Positions 10,198 through 17,751 of a stretch of 45,304 bases of DNA are shown here, one piece after another. The stretch comes from a virus. Taxonomy: Duplodnaviria > Caudoviricetes. The stretch lies in IMG/VR virus record IMGVR_UViG_3300033145_000829, positions 1-45,304 of that record; one strand, given 5' to 3'. The stretch's first letter is position 1; every line of letters starts with the position of its first letter. Position numbers and translations under genes: made by a program. The notes under the pieces are model-generated. The model saw only the letters and a list, made by a program, of their open reading frames with translations, was not told the DNA's origin and searched no databases.

Positions 10198-10740
10198 TCA
10201 ATCCAATATCAAAATTGGTGCCTTTTGCGTATTATCTTTTTCGAAAATACCAAAATGCTTCCCGAGTGAATCTCTGTTTTTGATTTTGTCTGGGTATTTA
10301 TATTTGATACTCCGTTTTAAAACTGTTTTCTGCCCGTCATCACTTTCGGTGATCGTCTCGTTAATATCCATCCCGGCAAGGCTCAACGCTGTAGCGTCAT
10401 CCAGGTCCTTGACATCCTTCATCTGCCCGAACTCATCATAGAGCTTCCGAGGGTCAAAGCGAATATCTCGTGTGTAGCCGGCCAGGACTTCCGCAACGTC
10501 GGCAATGTCCCATTGTTTTGTGGGGAGCATCTCTTTCAGTCTATTGAGTTCAGACTGAACATCTTCCCGCTTTAACATTCGGCTTGCCCAGCTCCTTGCA
10601 GATGTTTTAGGATACCCTGCCCTGAGTGCTGCCTGAGTGCCGTTCCAGTCGATTAGAAATTCACGGCAAAACGCCCGCATCTTCTCAGTTCTTACAAACG
10701 ATTTACCGCCAGTCTCTGTTTTACCTTTTATTTCAGCCAT
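10198..10740 (-). CDS. terS: Terminase small subunit
   Basis: FCREFLIDWNGTQAALRAGY motif, immediately upstream of terL. The start could be GTG 10749. Confidence 0.9.
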   Translation of the reverse strand: MAEIKGKTETGGKSFVRTEKMRAFCREFLIDWNGTQAALRAGYPKTSARSWASRMLKREDVQSELNRLKEMLPTKQWDIADVAEVLAGYTRDIRFDPRKLYDEFGQMKDVKDLDDATALSLAGMDINETITESDDGQKTVLKRSIKYKYPDKIKNRDSLGKHFGIFEKDNTQKAPILILD

Positions 10741-10832
10741 TTCCCACACGTTTCAATTTGTTGTAACTAATTCGGCTCTCTTAAACCCCCAACATTAAAC
10801 GATCTATCTCTAACCTATGCTACCCTATTACC

Positions 10833-10965
10833 CTATGCCCTGTTTTCAGTTATCCAAACAACAGCCGACTTCAAATTATCAAAAGCCTGTCCACCATTCC
10901 GCTTCACCATTTTTGCGACTGCGCCATGTCGATTCGTTCCATGTTCCGCCTAAAAATACTTTCAT
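10833..10965 (-). pseudogene. Internally deleted nucleoside 2-deoxyribosyltransferase-like gene remnant
   Basis: MKVFLGGTWNESTWR is joined out of frame to AVAKMVKRNGGQAFDNLKSAVVWITENRA*. The ATG overlaps the upstream stop. Confidence 0.55.
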
Positions 10966-11285
10966 CTCTCTCCCCTCTCAATATACTCAGTCATCAACTC
11001 AATAATTCTCATTTTCACATCGACTCCCGCACAAAACCGCTCAACCCCAATCTGATGTCTCGCCGCATGGCACTTAGCGCAAAGCGGGATGCAAAACGTA
11101 TCCGGTGCCTTCAACCCCATTCCCCGCTGACCGAATCCCTCATGATGAGCCACTGCCTCCGGGTTCCCGCACTTCAGACAAGGATGCTCCCGGATAAACG
11201 CCAGATACTTTTTACTTCGATAGTTTTTCGATTTCGGCGCTGGCGTAAATACCATAGTTGCCTTTGTGTGATTCCCGGCCCCCAA
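10962..11285 (-). CDS. DUF968-like zinc-binding/HNH-like protein
   Basis: YRSKKYLAFIREHPCLKCG..AHH..GMGLKAPD..CIPLCAKCH. The start may be at an internal Met. Confidence 0.7.
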   Translation of the reverse strand: MGAGNHTKATMVFTPAPKSKNYRSKKYLAFIREHPCLKCGNPEAVAHHEGFGQRGMGLKAPDTFCIPLCAKCHAARHQIGVERFCAGVDVKMRIIELMTEYIERGER

Positions 11286-11380
11286 GAAAAACTCGGAGGC
11301 CGGGTAGGGTGAGGAGAGAATGCTTATATGCGTATCATATCACATTTTTTATATTTTTCAATTTATTTTTAAAATATCGC

Positions 11381-11410
11381 TTGACACACTATACGTTATG
11401 GCGTATAGTG
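11381..11410 (+). promoter_or_regulatory. Sigma70 promoter overlapped by a palindromic operator
   Basis: TTGACA-17 bp-TATAGT with an AT-rich upstream region. Inverted repeat CACTATACG-N6-CGTATAGTG at 11387-11410. Confidence 0.8.
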
Positions 11411-11444
11411 AACTTGAGAGTGAGGAAATTAACCAACCACCCAC

Positions 11445-11468
11445 GCCCCGGTCACCCGGGGCAGAAAG
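11445..11468 (+). repeat. Intergenic hairpin repeat A, copy 1
   Basis: GCCCCGG-TCAC-CCGGGGC-AGAAAG; second copy at 12553. Confidence 0.75.
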
Positions 11469-11500
11469 AAAAAAATAACCGCAAACCGAGGAGAAGCAAA

Positions 11501-12052
11501 ATGAAAAAAGAAATCAGAGACGAAATAATCAAATTGATCGAACTCAACGAAATTACAGATCCCTGCGACGAAAGAATTGAACAATGTGTCGCAGATCATT
11601 TTCCGGCAGAATACGACGGCACTCAAGGTTACTATGATTTTCAGATGGAGATCGGCAAAATCGTGAAAGAGACCCAGACGCCGGAAAAACTCACCGATCA
11701 AATCATGGAAGAAATCGACCTCATCGAACTCCGGAAAACTCTCGCACTCTCAGGCAGTGGGAGCGTATGGATATACTACGACGGTTCATTCGAATTTCAC
11801 GAAAGCAATACGCGCCCAAGCGGAAAAGGCAGGGCGATAATCGCGACTATCAAAACCGCAGGCCGTGGGAATATCGATGAAGATTGGTATGCGGAAGGGT
11901 GGGCAAAATATGACGATGAAAAAGACGCGTGGATCACAGAAGATGGTAGAAAATTAAGTCCTGATGAAATGATAGCAGAATCAATAGAAGAAGGAGAATT
12001 CGATTGGTACGAAATGTATAACGCTATCAAAGATAGTATCGAATCCAAATAA
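11501..12052 (+). CDS. Acidic hypothetical early protein
   Basis: ATG 11501 with a GAGGAG RBS; Asp/Glu-rich; first gene after the promoter. Confidence 0.75.
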   Translation: MKKEIRDEIIKLIELNEITDPCDERIEQCVADHFPAEYDGTQGYYDFQMEIGKIVKETQTPEKLTDQIMEEIDLIELRKTLALSGSGSVWIYYDGSFEFHESNTRPSGKGRAIIATIKTAGRGNIDEDWYAEGWAKYDDEKDAWITEDGRKLSPDEMIAESIEEGEFDWYEMYNAIKDSIESK

Positions 12053-12062
12053 CCCAACCAAC

Positions 12063-12087
12063 CCTTCCCCCGGGGGGGGTCAAACCG
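12063..12087 (+). repeat. Intergenic repeat B, copy 1
   Basis: CCTTCCCCCGGGGGGGGTCAAACCG; related copy at 12955. Confidence 0.6.
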
Positions 12088-12107
12088 TAAGCTAAGAGGA
12101 GAAAAAA

Positions 12108-12539
12108 ATGATGAAAAACACAGAAGAGAGAAACGCAGAGTTAAATCGGCATCGAGACAATGATTGTACATGTGACAACTGTTTGCATTTCGTTGCCGGG
12201 ATATGCGAAAACAAGGCAGCCCAGTATTTTGGGCTGCCATGTGGCGACGAATGGGCATGCATCGATCATACTATCCGTCCCAGCCGTCCCAGCCTTAAGG
12301 CTGAGATGGACAGTGAAAACTTTTTTGAAATAGTCGAAAGAGAGCGGCGTTTAGTCGGTGCGCCGTGTAGTTCTTTTGAAGAGAGCGTTGAGTTCTTACG
12401 AGAACTCGATGCAAAGGGATTAGTTAAAACTGCTGGCCCGATTGGCGACGTTATCGCCAGAGCGTATTGGACTAACAGTGACGGTGACATAGGGGGTTGT
12501 GTCTCAATCCCCAAATATGATCTGGATTATCCTCTTTAA
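12108..12539 (+). CDS. Hypothetical early protein with Cys-rich N-terminus
   Basis: GAGGAG RBS; CTCDNCLHF..C..C..C. Confidence 0.7.
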   Translation: MMKNTEERNAELNRHRDNDCTCDNCLHFVAGICENKAAQYFGLPCGDEWACIDHTIRPSRPSLKAEMDSENFFEIVERERRLVGAPCSSFEESVEFLRELDAKGLVKTAGPIGDVIARAYWTNSDGDIGGCVSIPKYDLDYPL

Positions 12540-12552
12540 ATAACTCACCCGT

Positions 12553-12576
12553 GCCCCGGTTCGCCGGGGCAGAAAG
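12553..12576 (+). repeat. Intergenic hairpin repeat A, copy 2
   Basis: GCCCCGG-TTCG-CCGGGGC-AGAAAG. Confidence 0.75.
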
Positions 12577-12590
12577 GAAACACAAAAAAA

Positions 12591-12927
12591 ATGGCAATCT
12601 ATATTACAACAACATTCTCTCCAATGATGTTAGGAGAGAGGTCAGTAGCAACTGTCCGTCGAATTCTGGAAAAAGAATTCCGGCAGAGTTTAGAGGCTGA
12701 GTCCAATGGCATAATATCTGCCGTTGGACATGAGGCGACTGCCTCAATCATGTCCCAAAAAGTTCGCTTTTACGATTAAAGCGAATAGGGTAAATTTGGC
12801 CTTGAAATTCGGGGATGTAGTTCTTGCAGCCATCCCGAAATTTCGGGCTGATATTTCTCGAGAATTCACTAAAAAGGAGCTTGAGAACTCAAAGTTTGAG
12901 TTCTTCAAGATCCTGGTGATAAGGTAG
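12591..12927 (+). pseudogene. DUF1874 / AcrIII-1-like ring nuclease split by a +1 frameshift
   Basis: ORF 12591-12779 (FSPMML..SAVGHEATA) and ORF 12724-12927 (NRVNLALKFGD..R..EEL-like) join into one protein of about 111 aa if one A is removed from CAAAAAG near 12757-12761. Confidence 0.65.
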
Positions 12928-12954
12928 TCTCAGTTAGAACTTTAAAAATTTATT

Positions 12955-12978
12955 CCTTCCCGGTGGGAGGTCAAACCG
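12955..12978 (+). repeat. Intergenic repeat B, copy 2
   Basis: CCTTCCCGGTGGGAGGTCAAACCG, followed by an RBS. Confidence 0.6.
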
Positions 12979-12993
12979 GGGAAAGGAAAAATC

Positions 12994-13194
12994 ATGACAT
13001 TATACGTCATAACAGAAAGGCAAAATCTTCAAAGCCTCAGAACCGGCCAGGTCATCTGGACGAAGAACCTCACAGCCGCAAAACGGATGGCCACCGCAGG
13101 GCAGGCATTCCAAGGGACTGTGCTGACAATCGAAACCCCAGCAGGTCTTGAACTGGCTTTCAAGAAAAATGGCAAATGGACTGATGTTGATTAA
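12994..13194 (+). CDS. Hypothetical early protein
   Basis: 66 aa, AAGGA RBS, in the operon. Confidence 0.7.
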   Translation: MTLYVITERQNLQSLRTGQVIWTKNLTAAKRMATAGQAFQGTVLTIETPAGLELAFKKNGKWTDVD

Positions 13195-13209
13195 AAAGAA
13201 AGGGAAAAC

Positions 13210-13467
13210 ATGAAAAACTTAATAATTTTCTCAGGTGAAGGCGAACGCGGAACTTTCGAGATATACACCGGGAAACAAACGCCCAGGGCAATCCGAGCAA
13301 AAATCACACGTGAAGCATGCAGCGGAGATAGGTTTGTAGAATTGTTTCGGGCAGCTGGACCTGAGTACGCGGACAACTCATATTTTGAGATCGACCCGGA
13401 TACAATGGAGCCAACCGGGGAAATGCGGACCATCAGACCGGATCAGATTGAGGGCTTAAATGGTTAA
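13210..13467 (+). CDS. Hypothetical early protein
   Basis: 85 aa, AGGGA RBS, overlaps the next gene. Confidence 0.7.
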   Translation: MKNLIIFSGEGERGTFEIYTGKQTPRAIRAKITREACSGDRFVELFRAAGPEYADNSYFEIDPDTMEPTGEMRTIRPDQIEGLNG

Positions 13468-13660
13468 GATCGGAACGAAAATGGAAACGTCGGATGCAGC
13501 GCTCGAACTCGGGACATCAATCCGGATCGTCCAACGACTGGCAAAAGATGGCAGGCTCCCGGCCGTAAAACTCGGCCGGAACTGGATAATTGACGAAAAA
13601 GACCTTGACCTCGTCCGGGATCGAAAGCCCGGGCGGGCAGGATGGAGGAAAAAAAGATGA
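13460..13660 (+). CDS. Helix-turn-helix protein (HTH_17/excisionase-like), possible operon repressor
   Basis: TSDAALELGTSIRIVQRLAKDGRLPAVKLGRNWII. Confidence 0.8.
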   Translation: MVKIGTKMETSDAALELGTSIRIVQRLAKDGRLPAVKLGRNWIIDEKDLDLVRDRKPGRAGWRKKR

Positions 13661-13667
13661 AGCTATC

Positions 13668-13695
13668 ACCCCGGCCCTAAAGCCGGGGTTTTTTT
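13668..13695 (+). terminator. Rho-independent terminator
   Basis: ACCCCGGC-N6-GCCGGGGT followed by a T-run, between convergent genes. Confidence 0.8.
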
Positions 13696-13704
13696 CTATC
13701 TAAA

Positions 13705-13902
13705 TCATATTCTTCGAACGTTTTCGGCCCCAATATCACTCAACCATCCGGTCACAATTCCCCGTTCAGTTGCCAACATCACAACCCCCAAAGACTCCGA
13801 CCATTTTAATTTTGTTTTTTGCATTCTCGCGCCTTTTCGAAATTCTACCGTGTCGCCGTCGTTCAGCGGCATACCGTTTACGTCGTTTAGTTTTACGTCC
13901 AT
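13705..13902 (-). CDS. Hypothetical protein
   Basis: 65-aa ORF with an AAGGG RBS. Confidence 0.55.
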   Translation of the reverse strand: MDVKLNDVNGMPLNDGDTVEFRKGARMQKTKLKWSESLGVVMLATERGIVTGWLSDIGAENVRRI

Positions 13903-13987
13903 TGATTACCCTTCCCAGCCAAGACTCGCCCAGACTAAACGCTCTCCACCGAGAGAGGCTTAGCTATTTACCGCCCTTTAACAAAAT

Positions 13988-14272
13988 TTAAAACAAAAGC
14001 TCTGTAAGTTCATTGATTTGGTTATGGGCGTATTCAATTTTATCCATAATTTGATCCCTGCCGTGCGACAATACATCGCATAATGATGGGATTACCGGCT
14101 TGGCAGCTACTTCCGAAGCTTTTTCTTCGTTACTTTCCGGCATCGGATGGACTCTTCTGATTAATTCGTTCAAAAGTTCATTAATTCGGTCAATGCTATC
14201 TATTGCATTGTTCAGCTCGACATGTTTTTCTTGTCGCTCACAACCACCATTGCAACACACCGTTTCTTTCAT
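13988..14272 (-). CDS. Hypothetical protein
   Basis: 94-aa helical ORF in the minus-strand operon. Confidence 0.6.
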   Translation of the reverse strand: MKETVCCNGGCERQEKHVELNNAIDSIDRINELLNELIRRVHPMPESNEEKASEVAAKPVIPSLCDVLSHGRDQIMDKIEYAHNQINELTELLF

Positions 14273-14298
14273 AACTCTATTGTCTTTCGTTTTTCTGT

Positions 14299-14805
14299 TT
14301 ATTGGTTTTCAAGCGCTTTTACTACCCAATACACCTTATTTTTAAACTCATCAATCGTACCATTATTTTCAATAATCCAATCATACAAATAATCTTCAAC
14401 GCCCTGATCCGCCCGGTTGTTTGCCGGTTTTGACCGATCCGACCGGATTAAAACCGTTGTTGCCTGGCCAGGATATGCCTCAACAAACTTTTTAATCTCA
14501 GCAGGCTTCCGACACATCAGCGTAATCCATATATCCTCGACGACATTCGAAAACTTGTTTATTTGAAAGCAGATCGAATTGAACGACATACCGTTATACC
14601 GATTTGTCGCATCCTCAATATCAGATAAAAGTCTCCGCCCTTTTTCATCTTTCTGACTATCCCACCCGGCTACTCTCGCAATTGCCGGGATCTGAGTGCT
14701 CCAAATTTTCGAAAGCCACACGGTCGGATCGTGGTATTCAGCGATAAAATCCGCGAATGTGTTCTTGCCCGATTTATTGTGTCCGTTAATAATTATAAGT
14801 TTCAT
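14299..14805 (-). CDS. P-loop nucleotide (dNMP) kinase-like protein
   Basis: IIINGHNKSGKNTFA..GWDSQKDEKGRRLLSD..YDWIIENNGT. Confidence 0.7.
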   Translation of the reverse strand: MKLIIINGHNKSGKNTFADFIAEYHDPTVWLSKIWSTQIPAIARVAGWDSQKDEKGRRLLSDIEDATNRYNGMSFNSICFQINKFSNVVEDIWITLMCRKPAEIKKFVEAYPGQATTVLIRSDRSKPANNRADQGVEDYLYDWIIENNGTIDEFKNKVYWVVKALENQ

Positions 14806-15260
14806 GCGTACTCCTCCGCAGCCCAGCGCGAAATGTGAACAGCATCCGCCTCATTATCGTCAATCGGCTCCCGCCCCAAAAACGACTTCGCTGCTTCGAT
14901 CATAGCAAGTTTTCCAGCATTGCCTTTCCCGGTAGCGAACTTTTTTAGAGTCGCTGTGTGAACGGTCGCGCACGGGACTACATACTCTTCCGCAACTTCC
15001 TGTACCCGGCCCGTAAGATTTACGCCGATTTCAGTCGCCGCCCCGCCTCGATGATGGGCCTGTTCATACGCTATAAGCCCCGGGCCGTAGTCTAAAATCA
15101 TATCTCTAAGCCACTTCCTGAATCTTAGGAACATCATACCATTCGATTCACCGCGTTTTTTCGAAAAATCCATGACGCCTGATTCAATCACCTTCTGTTT
15201 TTTTGAATCGTAAAAGCTCCAACCTGTGCGGGTCCCAGTATCTATGCCAAAAATTAACAT
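14802..15260 (-). CDS. RuvC-like Holliday junction resolvase
   Basis: IFGIDTGTRTGW, AYEQ, LKKFATGKGNAGK, DDNEADA. Confidence 0.85.
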   Translation of the reverse strand: MLIFGIDTGTRTGWSFYDSKKQKVIESGVMDFSKKRGESNGMMFLRFRKWLRDMILDYGPGLIAYEQAHHRGGAATEIGVNLTGRVQEVAEEYVVPCATVHTATLKKFATGKGNAGKLAMIEAAKSFLGREPIDDNEADAVHISRWAAEEYA

Positions 15261-15302
15261 CTTTTTCCCCTATTCCATTGTGCCCGATTTTTCCCCAAGT
15301 TT

Positions 15303-15680
15303 TCAAGCCGATCCAGCCGAATCTGTATTTTTGCAAGCGCTTTTTCGATTGGTTTTAATTCGGATTTTAGTGCTTTTCTTACTGCTTTTTCCATTTTTTC
15401 CTCCTTCTTTATCTAATTTTTTAATTTCAACAATTTCAGCGGTAAATGCTGAAGGAAACACAATTTTCCAATTCCAACCATCGCGAAATTCTTTTGTCTG
15501 CGGGTAAATTTCACCGATAAACGCCCACAGCTTCCGGCTATCGTCGTAAAGTCTGCACAGCTCTTTCATACAATAAGCGGGAACTTTGAATCGTCGATAT
15601 TCTTGTTCCAGGTTCAATGTTTTTCCGCAAAATTTATAATTCATTACTTCCTCTTTTTTTAAATTCTTCAGCAACGCCAT
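15303..15680 (-). CDS. Hypothetical protein
   Basis: ORF in the operon. The true start may be the internal Met after GAGG. Confidence 0.55.
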   Translation of the reverse strand: MALLKNLKKEEVMNYKFCGKTLNLEQEYRRFKVPAYCMKELCRLYDDSRKLWAFIGEIYPQTKEFRDGWNWKIVFPSAFTAEIVEIKKLDKEGGKNGKSSKKSTKIRIKTNRKSACKNTDSAGSA

Positions 15681-15694
15681 ATTTTTTTAAAATC

Positions 15695-16006
15695 TCAATC
15701 CTTTTTCCAATACCCTTCAGGACATTCCTCCAGATCAAATACTAATTTCTCAGCCCTGCCGCACCACAAACAATTCGGCATCTCATCAGCCTCTCGATAT
15801 TCTACATGACCGCAAACAAATCCAAGGCATCGTGGTATTTCCCGGCTCAAAGTTTCGATAATTTCCGACTTATACGCTTTCGCATATTCGAGAAGTTTCT
15901 CTCTTTGTTCCGGACAAATCCGGCCCATACCGTGTATCCGGGCCACATCGTTCTGCAAATAGACGTACAGGCCGCGTAAAAACAGATAATTTACTGGATT
16001 TTTCAT
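15695..16006 (-). CDS. Hypothetical Cys-containing protein
   Basis: 103 aa with a GGAGG RBS. Its first codons are duplicated at the primase stop. Confidence 0.65.
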   Translation of the reverse strand: MKNPVNYLFLRGLYVYLQNDVARIHGMGRICPEQREKLLEYAKAYKSEIIETLSREIPRCLGFVCGHVEYREADEMPNCLWCGRAEKLVFDLEECPEGYWKKD

Positions 16007-16013
16007 ATCTCTA
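15990..16013. repeat. 24-bp direct repeat, left boundary of the cassette block
   Basis: TTTACTGGATTTTTCATATCTCTA, identical to 18192-18215. Confidence 0.9.
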
Positions 16014-16033
16014 TATCCTCCGACTCGCCTATT

Positions 16034-16099
16034 AAAAAACGACGGTTTCAGTTTGTTGGCCTGCTGCTTTTGGCGTCAGAGTCAAGCGACTGGTTAGAT
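16034..16099 (-). other. Degenerate attC-like site (5' half intact)
   Basis: Minus strand ATCTAAC-CAGTCGCTTGACTCTGACGCCAAAAGC...; the 3' arm has lost complementarity. Confidence 0.45.
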
Positions 16100-16296
16100 G
16101 CAATCGCTTCCCACTCCGAAAAATCAACTGAACTGATTTTCGTCAACTTTAAGGTTTTATCATTGCTGAATAAAACCTCTTCGCCAGTTAGCGATAAACA
16201 CCTCACTGTTTTGCTGCCGTGATGAACGACTATCAATACCTTGTGAGGATTTCGCCCTCCCGCCCATTCATTTATAACAATATCTCCAAATTTCAT
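16048..16296 (-). CDS. Cassette gene, hypothetical protein
   Basis: Starts just after GTTAGAG and reads into the attC-like half site (SNQSLDSDAK). Confidence 0.65.
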   Translation of the reverse strand: MKFGDIVINEWAGGRNPHKVLIVVHHGSKTVRCLSLTGEEVLFSNDKTLKLTKISSVDFSEWEAIASNQSLDSDAKSSRPTN

Positions 16297-16303
16297 TTTC
16301 ACC

Positions 16304-16367
16304 CTCTAACGATTAAGCTCAGCCGCCCGCCGCTTTTCTCAGCGGTCGGCTGGAGCAACTGTTTATA
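16304..16367 (-). other. attC-like recombination site
   Basis: Minus strand TATAAAC-AGTTGCTCCAGCCGACCGCTGAGAAAAGCGGCGGGCGGCTGAGCTTAATC-GTTAGAG; a 64-bp imperfect palindrome. Confidence 0.8.
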
Positions 16368-16589
16368 TGCGGGTGGGGTATCTTCGCAACCCTTAGTTCA
16401 CCTAACAACCACCGATTGTTCGATGTTAGGGTCACCCCCATAAATGCTTCGTCACCTAAGCTTGCTTGCCGCATTACCCTCCTGGCACTCAACCATATTG
16501 GTTGGGAGGCTGCTCTCACGTGGCATCCGGAATTTATTGCTCGCACAAGGCTCCCCTAAGATCGGATGGCAACTCCGATCCCCGCATAT
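16365..16589 (-). ncRNA. Putative structured RNA (non-coding cassette)
   Basis: Closing stem ATATGCGGG/CCCGCATAT, several internal stems, no convincing ORF. The strand is assumed from the array direction. Confidence 0.5.
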
Positions 16590-16599
16590 TTTAAAGAGC

Positions 16600-16660
16600 A
16601 TATAACGCCTAAGCTCACAAGCCGCGCTATTCAGCGGTCGTGTGCGGTGGCGGGTTATAC
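16600..16660 (-). other. attC-like recombination site
   Basis: Minus strand GTATAAC-CCGCCACCGCACACGACCGCTGAATAGCGCGGCTTGTGAGCTTAGGC-GTTATAT. The Rha stop codon lies within TAAC. Confidence 0.85.
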
Positions 16661-17371
16661 TGTAATAAGCATTTGTTCGCTCAACACTTTTGATTGTCCA
16701 TGCAACTCGGCGAAAATTTCGACCTTCTTTTTAGCATTTTTATAAATTTCTTTATAAAAAACATTATTCTTCATATCTCCCCGTAACGATTTACCGATTA
16801 TCTGTTCGGCCGCTCCAATAGTCATAAGCTGTTCCGGGGACAAAACATCTCGAAGACTTTTGAATTTCCCTTCGCAAATAAAAAGCAGTGTGTTCATCAT
16901 GCGAGTAAAATTAGAATAATATTTGTCACAACCTTCGGGTGTTCCGCCCTGTTCTTTAGCATAGGTTATAAATTCTTGGATTGCACCGGTTTCAAGAAGC
17001 CTTATTGTTTTACTGGTGAGTCTCGCTTGATTCCATACTGGAGCATGCTTTTGATTAATTGCTTTCGCTAATTGAATCCTGCATCTTTTAAATTCTTTGA
17101 CAAGGCGTAGTTTGAATTTTACAACCTGAGCATCGTTCTTGAAAAGTGTTCCAAGGAACATAAATTGATCTTCGTCAAGCAAATATTCCCTAAACGATTT
17201 GGTTTTGCCCTTCGTAATATCACCTTTCAAAGGTGATATCTCTTCAAATTCTTTTTTATATTTAAGGATTAATCTTTTAACTTGATCATGCCCTCTATTA
17301 AATCCTTGTGCGATTAAAAGTGTTCCCGCCCTGCCTTCATTTCCGTGAATAACCACAATTTGTTTTCCCAT
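16655..17371 (-). CDS. Rha-family phage regulatory protein (cassette gene)
   Basis: IAQGFNRGHDQVKRLI..YLLDEDQFMFLGTLFKND..VKFKLRLVKEF is a Rha-type N-terminal domain. Confidence 0.8.
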   Translation of the reverse strand: MGKQIVVIHGNEGRAGTLLIAQGFNRGHDQVKRLILKYKKEFEEISPLKGDITKGKTKSFREYLLDEDQFMFLGTLFKNDAQVVKFKLRLVKEFKRCRIQLAKAINQKHAPVWNQARLTSKTIRLLETGAIQEFITYAKEQGGTPEGCDKYYSNFTRMMNTLLFICEGKFKSLRDVLSPEQLMTIGAAEQIIGKSLRGDMKNNVFYKEIYKNAKKKVEIFAELHGQSKVLSEQMLITV

Positions 17372-17407
17372 GGATATGCCCCTCTTGTTAAATTATTAAT
17401 ATTTAGC

Positions 17408-17436
17408 GTAATAAGGCATATTAATATATCTGTCAA
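17408..17436 (-). promoter_or_regulatory. Cassette-internal sigma70-like promoter
   Basis: Minus strand TTGACA-17 bp-TATTAC; the spacer contains the palindrome ATATTAATAT. Confidence 0.5.
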
Positions 17437-17455
17437 GGTTTAATTTTGTGATGTT

Positions 17456-17515
17456 GCATAACGATTAAGTTCAACCGGCACGGCTTTTTGTGTCCGCTGC
17501 ATTTTTTTGTTATAA
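17456..17515 (-). other. attC-like recombination site
   Basis: Minus strand TTATAAC-AAAAAAATGCAGCGGACACAAAAAGCCGTGCCGGTTGAACTTAATC-GTTATGC; 60 bp. Confidence 0.85.
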
Positions 17516-17517
17516 GG

Positions 17518-17736
17518 TTAAACTTCCCAAACAACAGTACCCCCAAGCTTAGTTATTCTACCTTTTCTAAAATTAGGTTTGAATAAATTAAAACGTTCTT
17601 TTAGTGCTTCAATATCTTCTGAAATGGACTCTTGCTGCCATTGCATTGTATATGTAACTGCTTGTGCTCTGCGTACGTATGTAACTTCTTGCCTCGCCGG
17701 TGCCAATTGCCCTAACTCTAATAAATATGTTGACAT
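17518..17736 (-). CDS. Cassette gene, 72-aa hypothetical protein (MSTYLLELG...)
   Basis: ATG 17736 with a GAGGA RBS right after the GTT core; the stop lies 2 bp before the attC-like site. Confidence 0.7.
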   Translation of the reverse strand: MSTYLLELGQLAPARQEVTYVRRAQAVTYTMQWQQESISEDIEALKERFNLFKPNFRKGRITKLGGTVVWEV

Positions 17737-17751
17737 GCTTATCCTCATAAC
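17668..17751 (-). repeat. 84-bp repeat, inverted copy at 28141-28224
   Basis: 82/84 identity by manual alignment. Confidence 0.9.

Noticed and set aside
11258-11500. N-terminal extension of the 264-aa ORF
   Set aside because: It spans the promoter and hairpin; the ATG at 11501 has a clear RBS.
13460-13660. Excisionase indicating an integration module
   Set aside because: There is no adjacent integrase or att site, so a regulatory role fits better.
16319-16546. 75-aa minus-strand ORF in the non-coding cassette
   Set aside because: It runs deep into the attC-like site and lies over dense stems. It has a possible RBS (AGGGGAG), so it is not fully excluded.
16365-16589. tRNA or tmRNA
   Set aside because: No T-loop GTTCRA motif or cloverleaf geometry, despite the GCGGG/CCCGC closing stem.
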